From: Microcystis aeruginosa NIES-2549
GTDB taxonomy: Bacteria > Cyanobacteriota > Cyanobacteriia > Cyanobacteriales > Microcystaceae
DNA: 32,000 bases
Direction: 5' to 3'
NCBI RefSeq assembly: GCF_000981785.2
Contig: NZ_CP011304.1
Coordinates: 2,670,001 to 2,702,000 of the forward strand
Shown here: positions 25,523 through 32,000 of the stretch, one piece after another
Layout of the letters: every line of letters begins with the position of its first letter
Position numbering within the stretch: position 1 is the stretch's first letter
The notes under the pieces: generated by a model
What the model was told of the DNA's origin: nothing
The model's input: only the letters and a program-made list of their open reading frames with translations
Database searches by the model: none
Translations under genes and position numbers: made by a program

Positions 25523-25762
25523 ATGTTCATTACCTCCACGATTAGTCTCTCATCAACAATTCTACAAACTCCCACACCCCCACCGACTTTAAATAATAAT
25601 TTAGTTAATTCAGGTACTCAAGATCTAGTCTATATCGGTGTGTTTCTTCTGGCAATTACCCTAGTCATGGTTATTGGTATTATCAATCAAAAAATTGAAT
25701 ACGCTCTCATTTTTGCCGCCACTCTCACTATTATTTTAATTGCTTTCCTCTGGTTTTTATAA
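25523..25762 (+). CDS. Hypothetical 79-aa two-TM membrane protein
   Basis: Two hydrophobic helices (VYIGVFLLAITLVMVIGII and ALIFAATLTIILIAFLWFL). I recognise no homolog. Confidence 0.4.
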   Translation: MFITSTISLSSTILQTPTPPPTLNNNLVNSGTQDLVYIGVFLLAITLVMVIGIINQKIEYALIFAATLTIILIAFLWFL

Positions 25763-26016
25763 GTCCTTCAACTAAGGGAATTGAGGGCAAATCCCCCTTA
25801 ATAAAGATTAACGGCTCTCGTTGATTTACCTTCACCTAATTGTTAAGTAATTCGAGTTCAGACTTGACAAAAATCTCCCTAGGACCGAGCGGAAGATTAA
25901 GGGCTGCATCCCACATTTGCAGAAATACCGACAATTAGCAATTATCAGTGACTATTAAATTGGTACAAAAATATGAACAATCGCGTGTAAGCATCTCACC
26001 GAAAAACTAATGCGCG

Positions 26017-26060
26017 GTAGGGTTGATTCATGAATCAACCCTACTATGAATCAACCCTAC
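26017..26060. repeat. 28-bp perfect palindrome GTAGGGTTGATTCA|TGAATCAACCCTAC followed by a third copy of the arm (TGAATCAACCCTAC, 26047-26060)
   Basis: Hand-checked: the reverse complement of 26017-26030 equals 26031-26044. The arm shares TAGGGTT with the MITE TIR. A second hairpin CTACCCC/GGGGTAG follows at 26057-26075. Confidence 0.85.
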
Positions 26061-26217
26061 CCCGTTGGGGGGTAGAACCCTCCAAAAGCTTGGATTTAGT
26101 GATAAAACCGAAAGTAACGCCCGATTTTAGGAGAAAGTTTCCCCTTAAAAATCGCAACTTAGTAGATTTACAAAAATGAGATGTACCCCAAGCAAAACGA
26201 TCGGACTTATAATATAA

Positions 26218-26246
26218 TTGTATTGATTGTGGCTTGTTGCTAGAAT
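26218..26246 (+). promoter_or_regulatory. Candidate sigma70 promoter for the second Uma2 gene (TTGTAT - 17 nt - TAGAAT)
   Basis: TTGTAT at 26218-26223, a 17-nt spacer, and TAGAAT at 26241-26246, about 33 nt before ATG 26279. Confidence 0.4.
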
Positions 26247-26278
26247 CACCCCAAATTGACTCAATGGGTTTATAAACG

Positions 26279-27004
26279 ATGACAACCCTAGATATTGCTA
26301 CTGATATTGTCTGTCCTCCCACCGATTTATGGAGTGATGAACCACCCGTGGAAAGTGATCTGCATTTACAACAAATTATTTTATTATTATCTTGTCTTGA
26401 TTGGCTCTGGCAAGATAGAAACGATTACTATACCTCGGGCAATTTGACTATTTATTATAACGAAAGACAACTGAAACAGCGAGATTTTTGTGGACCAGAT
26501 TTTTTCGTGGTTTTAGATACAGAGAAACGTCCCAGAAAAAGTTGGGTCGTCTGGGGAGAAGGGGGTAAATATCCCAATGTAATCATCGAAATTCTCTCCG
26601 ATTCCACCGCTAATGTGGACAGAAAAGCCAAAAAGGAACTATATCAGCATATTTTCCGGACTCCTGAGTATTTTGGGTTTGATCCCAATACTTTAGAATG
26701 GCAAGGATTCACTTTAATCGAGGGACAATACCAACCGATTACCCCTAATGAAAACGGTTATTTATGGAGTAAGCAACTAGGATTATATTTAGGGATTTTT
26801 GCCAATAAATTGCGCTATTTCACCGAATCGGGTGAATTGGTTCCCACCCCTCAAGAGTCGGCCCAACAGGAAAGATTAGCGAAAGAACGGGAAAGATTAG
26901 CCAAAGAACAGGAAAGATTAGCCAAAGAAAGAGAACAACAACGGGCGGAAAAATTAGCCCAAAAGCTGCGAGAATTGGGCATTAATCCCGATGAAATTGC
27001 TTAA
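26279..27004 (+). CDS. Uma2 family (DUF820) endonuclease-fold protein, paralog 2, with a C-terminal charged-repeat tail
   Basis: 241 aa. SDLHLQQIILL, GNLTIYY, PDFFVV and NVIIEILSDST fit the Uma2 pattern. The tail is ERLAKERERLAKEQERLAKEREQQRAEKLAQKLRELGINPDEI. Confidence 0.85.
   Translation: MTTLDIATDIVCPPTDLWSDEPPVESDLHLQQIILLLSCLDWLWQDRNDYYTSGNLTIYYNERQLKQRDFCGPDFFVVLDTEKRPRKSWVVWGEGGKYPNVIIEILSDSTANVDRKAKKELYQHIFRTPEYFGFDPNTLEWQGFTLIEGQYQPITPNENGYLWSKQLGLYLGIFANKLRYFTESGELVPTPQESAQQERLAKERERLAKEQERLAKEREQQRAEKLAQKLRELGINPDEIA
26870..26932 (+). repeat. 3 x 21-nt in-frame tandem repeat (GAAAGATTAGC[G/C]AAAGAAC[G/A]G) encoding ERLAKE[R/Q]
   Basis: Read directly inside the Uma2 CDS. Confidence 0.85.
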
Positions 27005-27187
27005 ATATCCGATTGGGGGTGTTAGGGTGGAAACTATGGCGCAATTTTTCCTTAATTGCTAGGCATTAACACGAGGAATCCGAAGGTTAGCCCTATTCTT
27101 CCCTAGAAATCATGGCAAAATCTACTTAACCCCCACTGATGTTATAATAATGACCAAGGGCAACAATCTTCAAATATAATTAATGCC

Positions 27188-28255
27188 ATGGTGCAAAAAA
27201 TAGCTTTTTTTAATCATAAAGGTGGAGTCAGCAAAACTACAACCACTTTTAACCTTGGTTGGATGCTTGCTGAGAAGGGCAAAAGAGTAATTATTGTCGA
27301 TACCGATCCCCAATGTAACTTAACTGGTATGGCTTTGGCTAAAGAAAGTGAAGATAGGGAGGAAAGACTACAAGCAATCTACAATACTTACTCTAATATT
27401 AAAACAGCTTTAGCACCTGCTTTTGAGTCTCAACCGAGATTAATTGAAGCTGTGGACTGTATTCCTATTGATGGTCGTGATCGTTTATTTCTATTGCCCG
27501 GTCATGTGGGGTTAGCTGAATATGAAGTTACCCTAGCTATTGCTCAAGAACTTAGTGGGTCAATTCAGGCTTTAAAAAATCTCCCCGGTGCGATTACATA
27601 TTTATTAGACAAAACTGCCGAAAGATTTGAAGCTGACTATATTTTAATCGATATGAGTCCCAGTTTGGGGTCAATAAATCAAAATATACTGATGACCAGT
27701 AACTTTTTTATTGTGCCAACCACGCCGGATTTTTTCTCGGTTATGGCTATCGATTCTTTAGCTAAAATCTTGCCTAAGTGGCACCAATGGGCTAAGGCAG
27801 CTAGTGCTTTACCAATTCTCAAAACAGCCAACTATCCCTTTCCCGAAGTTGACCTACATTTTTTGGGAACTATTGTTCAGAACTATCGAATTATTCGTGG
27901 TAAAGAAACAAAAGCCTTTGAAAACTGGATTAACACAATCGAGGAAAATATCGGCAATAAAATGATTCCAGCCCTAGAAAAAAATGGCATGATGCTACCG
28001 AAATTTATCTACGATCAGAATGGTGTACCAGACTGCTGTACTCTAGTAAAAATTCCTAATTTTAATAGTCTTATTGCCTTATCTCAAGAGCATCAAATGC
28101 CTGTTTTTGCGCTAACTGCTGAACAATTGAAATCAGCTAAGTGGCAGGGTAAAGTGTTAGGTAAAGCCCAAGAAAAACAAGAGGACTTTAAAAGTATTTT
28201 TTCTGACTTAGCAGACAAAGTTATCGGTCTTACCTCCGAAGATTTATGCAGTTAG
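27188..28255 (+). CDS. ParA/MinD-family (SIMIBI) P-loop ATPase, atypically long, with no ParB partner
   Basis: 355 aa with a deviant Walker A NHKGGVSKTT (aa 9-18, including the signature Lys11), A' VIIVDTDPQ and Walker B YILIDMSPS (aa 151-159). About 100 aa lie beyond a typical ParA core. Its stop overlaps the next ORF by 10 nt. Confidence 0.88.
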   Translation: MVQKIAFFNHKGGVSKTTTTFNLGWMLAEKGKRVIIVDTDPQCNLTGMALAKESEDREERLQAIYNTYSNIKTALAPAFESQPRLIEAVDCIPIDGRDRLFLLPGHVGLAEYEVTLAIAQELSGSIQALKNLPGAITYLLDKTAERFEADYILIDMSPSLGSINQNILMTSNFFIVPTTPDFFSVMAIDSLAKILPKWHQWAKAASALPILKTANYPFPEVDLHFLGTIVQNYRIIRGKETKAFENWINTIEENIGNKMIPALEKNGMMLPKFIYDQNGVPDCCTLVKIPNFNSLIALSQEHQMPVFALTAEQLKSAKWQGKVLGKAQEKQEDFKSIFSDLADKVIGLTSEDLCS

Positions 28256-29007
28256 CCATTGAACAATTTCGCCTTAGTATTACCCGCGTTCGTGACTTGA
28301 TCGCTATCCACAATTCCCTCAAATCTCAGACTACTTCCGCCCTAGATGTATCGGATATCCTCAGAGCCGCTTTAGTCCTGACTGTGAGCGCTTTAGATTA
28401 TTATATTCACGAAGTGGTTACTCTAGGAATGCTAGAAATTTATCGAGGCCAACGTTCAGAACCTTCTCCCACTCCTAACAGTTCTCAATCTGCCTTTTCT
28501 CGTTTTCAAGTCTCCTTGAATGGCGCAGGACAAGAACGATTGATAGCTATTAGTATTGGCTCTTGGTTAGAGAACGAAATTCAACAAAACTACGGTTCTT
28601 TTTTTGATCAAGAATCTCGCTCAATTTCCGAGGTACTACCAATGATTGAAAATCTCCTCACCAACAAACTTAATAGTAATTATTGGCTAGAGACTGAAAT
28701 TAGAGAAAACCTCAGATATAAAAGCTTTCAACAACCGGACAAGATAGCGGAGGCCATTAGATTAATTTCAGCCAAGAAATTGTGGGAAGAAGTGGCCAGC
28801 AAACTAAATAAACCAGCCAAAGATATTAAAAGCCAACTTAGCATAATTGTTGATCGAAGGAACAAAATCGCCCACGAAGCTGATATAGACCCGAGTTACG
28901 GCATTGGCAGTCGCTGGAATATCGATGAAAATCTCGTTAATGATGCCGTTACCTTTATAGAACAGCTTGTTGAAAATATCCATCAGGTACTTGAGGACAT
29001 CCACTAG
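28246..29007 (+). CDS. Putative HEPN-domain protein (R-x4-H motif), candidate RNase effector
   Basis: 253 aa with a predicted all-helical composition. VDRRNKIAHE contains R205-N-K-I-A-H210 (nt 28858-28875) near the C-terminus, plus an N-terminal helix pair (LRAALVLTVSALDYYIHEV). The ATG lies inside the last codons of the ATPase gene (ATGCAGTTAG). Confidence 0.6.
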   Translation: MQLAIEQFRLSITRVRDLIAIHNSLKSQTTSALDVSDILRAALVLTVSALDYYIHEVVTLGMLEIYRGQRSEPSPTPNSSQSAFSRFQVSLNGAGQERLIAISIGSWLENEIQQNYGSFFDQESRSISEVLPMIENLLTNKLNSNYWLETEIRENLRYKSFQQPDKIAEAIRLISAKKLWEEVASKLNKPAKDIKSQLSIIVDRRNKIAHEADIDPSYGIGSRWNIDENLVNDAVTFIEQLVENIHQVLEDIH

Positions 29008-29153
29008 CCGAGAATTTCCCCGGCAGTCAAGCCATAAATACTTATGATTTCTCAAGGAATTATAACAATTATTAAATAATGTGTAGTTTTGTATACTGAT
29101 GTCAGGAACTTAGATACAATATCAAGTGGCGTAAGATATATAGAGATTAGCTA

Positions 29154-30872
29154 GTGAGTCGGCATCAAGACAGTCAAACTGACCGGAAACGAGAAGAAAC
29201 ACAGTTCACTCCTTACAGTGCAGCAGCGATCGCTCAACAATACCGTTACAAATCTTGGCAATTGTTCGGCCGCGCTTTCGTGATTATTTGGTCTTTAGGA
29301 TTATTTCTGCTCAGTCTCCTCTGGGACAAATGGACAAAGCAAGAAGAAGCCAATAAATACAGGCGTGCCAGCGAACTTAGGCAAATTCTCACCCGTTTAG
29401 GTCCCACCTTCATCAAAGTCGGTCAAGCTCTCTCTACCCGTCCCGACCTCGTTCGCAAAGACTTTTTAGACGAATTAGTTAAACTGCAAGACCAACTTCC
29501 CCCCTTCGATAACGACATCGCTTTTGCCATTATCGAGACAGAATTGGGGATGCCTGTAGAAAAAGCCTATCGAGAAATATCCCCCACCCCTGTGGCTGCC
29601 GCTAGTTTAGGACAGGTTTACAAAGCGATACTCCCCACCGGTGAAGAAGTAGCCGTTAAAGTGCAACGGCCCGGGCTGCGGCCGCTTTTAAGCCTTGATT
29701 TATACCTAATGCGCTGGGCTGCCCAAAAGTTCGGTCGTTTATTACCCCTCAATCTCGGCCACGACCTCACCCTGATTGTCGATGAATTCGGAACCAAACT
29801 CTTTGAGGAAATCGACTATCAAAACGAAGGTCGCAACGCTGAAAAATTCGCCACCAACTTCCAAAATAACCCCGAAGTTAAAGTTCCCAGTATCTACTGG
29901 CGTTATAGTGGTCGCCGCGTCCTCACCCTAGAATGGATTGATGGCTATAAACTCACCGATACCGAGAACATCAAAGCTTTAGGATTAGACCCCAATAATA
30001 TCGTTAAAATCGGCGTAACCTCTGGATTACAGCAACTCCTTGAACACGGCTTTTTCCACGCTGATCCCCATCCGGGTAATCTTTTCGCCACCTTTGATGG
30101 TCGCATGGCCTATATCGATTTTGGCATGATGGATCAGTTAGAGGAGGAAACTAAAGAAACCCTCGCTAGTTGCGTCGTCGATTTAATTAACAAAGACTAC
30201 GAAAACCTAGCCAGCAACTTTGTCAAACTGGGATTTTTAACCCCAGAAACCGATATAAAACCAATTATTCCGGCTCTAGAACGAGTTTTAGGCAATGCCA
30301 TCGGTCAAAGAGTCGGTGACTTCAATTTCCGCACCATTACCGATGATTTCTCCGAATTGATGTACGAGTATCCCTTCCGGATTCCCGCCAAATTCGCCCT
30401 GATTATTCGTTCCCTCGTCACCCAAGAAGGGGCAGCCCTCACCCTCGATCCTAACTTCAAAATCGTCCAAGTGGCCTATCCCTACGTCGCTAAACGTCTC
30501 CTGACCGGGGAATCGCCCCAACTGCGCCGACGTTTATTGGATGTACTGTTCAAAGACGGTAAATTTCAGTGGCAACGCCTAGAAAACATGATTACAATGG
30601 CTCGATCGGAAAGTAACTTCGATTTACTGCCCACAGCGCAATTAGGCATCACTTTTCTTCTCTCGGAAGAAGGTCGTTATCTGCGTCGTCAATTGCTATT
30701 AGCTTTGACGGAAGATGACCGTCTCCACACGGCCGAAGTGCAACGTCTCTGGGGTTTAATTCAAGGAGAATTGCAACCGCGACGACTCTTGGATGTGGCC
30801 ATGAGCGCTTTTCGGGAATTATCGGCCCAAGGTGTGGCCGCTGTCCTTCCGGGAGAAACCAGTTCGCGTTAA
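29154..30872 (+). CDS. ABC1/UbiB-family atypical kinase (GTG start)
   Basis: 572 aa with LGPTFIKVGQALSTRPD, AAASLGQVYKA, VAVKVQRPG, FHADPHPGN and IDFGMM. Confidence 0.93.
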   Translation: MSRHQDSQTDRKREETQFTPYSAAAIAQQYRYKSWQLFGRAFVIIWSLGLFLLSLLWDKWTKQEEANKYRRASELRQILTRLGPTFIKVGQALSTRPDLVRKDFLDELVKLQDQLPPFDNDIAFAIIETELGMPVEKAYREISPTPVAAASLGQVYKAILPTGEEVAVKVQRPGLRPLLSLDLYLMRWAAQKFGRLLPLNLGHDLTLIVDEFGTKLFEEIDYQNEGRNAEKFATNFQNNPEVKVPSIYWRYSGRRVLTLEWIDGYKLTDTENIKALGLDPNNIVKIGVTSGLQQLLEHGFFHADPHPGNLFATFDGRMAYIDFGMMDQLEEETKETLASCVVDLINKDYENLASNFVKLGFLTPETDIKPIIPALERVLGNAIGQRVGDFNFRTITDDFSELMYEYPFRIPAKFALIIRSLVTQEGAALTLDPNFKIVQVAYPYVAKRLLTGESPQLRRRLLDVLFKDGKFQWQRLENMITMARSESNFDLLPTAQLGITFLLSEEGRYLRRQLLLALTEDDRLHTAEVQRLWGLIQGELQPRRLLDVAMSAFRELSAQGVAAVLPGETSSR

Positions 30873-30908
30873 AGTGTTTAAGGTCAACATCGGTTAATCA
30901 CTTTTTCT

Positions 30909-31286
30909 ATGGATTATTATTTTCTGCCCCAACCGCCCTATTTTCTGGTTGTTGCCGGTTTGTTTATCGGTATTACCTGCGGGGCCGCTTTTGAAGCTAG
31001 TCTCAAGCAAGTGGTTAACAATTGGTATAAAAACAAGGGTTCAGACGATCAAAATCTTTTAAAATCCAGTTCCTTACAAATTCCTTTTATTGGTATTTGT
31101 GTAGGAATCTGTCTTTTCCTTGCCTCGGGATTAGATATATTTATTCTCAATGGTTGGGTTGCCTACGCTATCTCTCTCCCGATGACTATCTTTATCGGTG
31201 GTTTGGTTTGGAGTCAGTTAGGGGAATTATTAGGCCAATTACAGCGCGGCGGTTCTAAAGAAATTGACCTCGATTATCGGGGATAA
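30909..31286 (+). CDS. Hypothetical small membrane protein (3 TM segments)
   Basis: 125 aa with hydrophobic segments at aa 8-28, 56-78 and 82-102. I recognise no family. Confidence 0.5.
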   Translation: MDYYFLPQPPYFLVVAGLFIGITCGAAFEASLKQVVNNWYKNKGSDDQNLLKSSSLQIPFIGICVGICLFLASGLDIFILNGWVAYAISLPMTIFIGGLVWSQLGELLGQLQRGGSKEIDLDYRG

Positions 31287-31413
31287 TTGGGAGGCAGCAA
31301 ATATTTAGGACTAAGATCATCGGTGTTAGCAGATAGGAAAGAGCAACTTCCCCACAACTAACACCAAAACCCTAGTTATACCCAATTTACCAGCTATTTT
31401 GGCCCGCAATTAG

Positions 31414-32000
31414 ATGCAAAAACCTTTAGCATGGCATTGGCGATCGCTACCCCTGCATCAGCGCACCGGTTCCGAGGTTTTTGCCTGCTTATTCGCCCAA
31501 GATGCGATCGCTACCTTACTAGAAAGTCCCTATCCGGGTAATTCCCTCTCCCGTTACTCTCTTTGTGCTGGTTCCCCGCGTCAGCTTTGGACCCCCGCAC
31601 TGGGCGAAATTTTGCCCTTTTTAAGCAGTTTACTCCCCCAAACTCGATCGGATGTGCTTCCCGATCATCTTCCCTTCCATGGCGGTTGGTTGGGGTGGTT
31701 AGGCTACGATTTAGCTTGGGAAATAGAAAAATTACCCGACAGGAAAGCTGATACTCTCCCTTTTCCCGTCGCTTATTGGTATGAACCAGATAGTTTTGCC
31801 CTTCTCGATCACCAAGCACAAATTCTCTGGTTAGCTGCCACTAAACCCGAAGATTTAGATAAATACGAACAATCTTTAACCACTAACCCCGATTTTGAGT
31901 TCATCGATCCTCATCCCTCTCCCTTAATCTTTTATACTTCTCAACTCGACTACGAAAAAGCTGTTAAAAAAGCCTTAGATTATATCAGAAAAGGCGATAT
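31414..32000 (+). CDS. Aminodeoxychorismate / anthranilate synthase component I family protein, 5' part (runs off the window; not in the ORF track because it has no stop)
   Basis: Hand translation from ATG 31414 (preceded by in-frame TAG 31411-31413) gives MQKPLAWHWRSLPLHQRTGSEVFACLFAQDAIATLLESP...LPFHGGWLGWLGYDLAWEIEKLP...YEKAVKKALDYIRKGD. This parallels E. coli PabB (LPFQGGALGLFGYDL, F.QVQEYLHSGD). Confidence 0.8.
   Translation, partial: MQKPLAWHWRSLPLHQRTGSEVFACLFAQDAIATLLESPYPGNSLSRYSLCAGSPRQLWTPALGEILPFLSSLLPQTRSDVLPDHLPFHGGWLGWLGYDLAWEIEKLPDRKADTLPFPVAYWYEPDSFALLDHQAQILWLAATKPEDLDKYEQSLTTNPDFEFIDPHPSPLIFYTSQLDYEKAVKKALDYIRKGD

Noticed and set aside
26044-26322. 92-aa minus-strand ORF next to the palindrome. 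I considered it as a transposase/TnpB tail with the palindrome as an element-end hairpin.
   Set aside because: I could recognise no zinc-finger or RuvC-like motifs. It overlaps the Uma2 start by 44 nt, spans a good TTGTAT-17-TAGAAT promoter for that gene, and its C-terminus is encoded by the palindrome itself. It is probably non-coding, though an HMM search against TnpB/IscB profiles would settle this.
24261-29225. Absence of the HIP1 octamer GCGATCGC across the Uma2/ATPase/HEPN region, as evidence of horizontal acquisition
   Set aside because: By eye there is no full HIP1 between about 24.26 and 29.22 kb. An equally long HIP1-free gap covers the core ktr/GT4 genes (about 18.8-24.25 kb), so the gap is not discriminating without genome-wide statistics.
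31511-31819. Track ORFs 31511-31819(-) and 31563-31751(+)
   Set aside because: They overlap the open-ended PabB/TrpE-family frame starting at 31414, which has clear family motifs. The listed ORFs have none.

Overview
The window looks like a cyanobacterial chromosomal segment, most likely Microcystis or a close relative. The basis is recurrent HIP1 octamers GCGATCGC (e.g. 11343-11350, 12477-12484, 13632-13639), many heptanucleotide STRR-like arrays, TA-flanked MITEs and the protein set. This is inference; no search was run. All repeat and motif coordinates were counted by hand and may be off by 1-2 nt. Gene order: pilQ-pilO-pilN-pilM (minus strand), ilvC, a multipass membrane protein, a MITE nested against an IS630-family transposase remnant, a Tat-signal LD-carboxypeptidase, a CBS-pair protein, a Uma2 nuclease-fold protein, nadC, a DUF62 SAM hydrolase-like protein, two small ORFs missing from the ORF track (a 53-aa PirA-like ORF behind a perfect GTA-N8-TAC site, and a 54-aa membrane peptide), a GNAT, a multidomain PP2C phosphatase, a 349-aa hypothetical, a SpoIID/LytB protein, a DUF2256 / GT4 (dgdA-like) / ktrB / ktrA cluster (minus strand), a SPOUT RNA methyltransferase, a class-A beta-lactamase-fold hydrolase, a glutaredoxin-like protein, a second Uma2 protein, a ParA/MinD-type ATPase overlapping a HEPN-motif protein, an ABC1 kinase, a small membrane protein, and the 5' part of a PabB/TrpE-family gene that runs off the right edge. 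The best candidate for an uncharacterised system is the translationally coupled ParA-like ATPase + HEPN (R-x4-H) pair at 27188-29007. It sits with a Uma2 gene and a 28-bp perfect palindrome in a small islet between housekeeping genes. Secondary observations: a 35-nt inverted repeat bracketing pilQ, heptamer arrays butted against stop codons, a C-rich array that could form G-quadruplexes on the opposite strand, and a MITE junction that supplies the third base of the PP2C stop codon. I found no rRNA, tRNA or CRISPR array.
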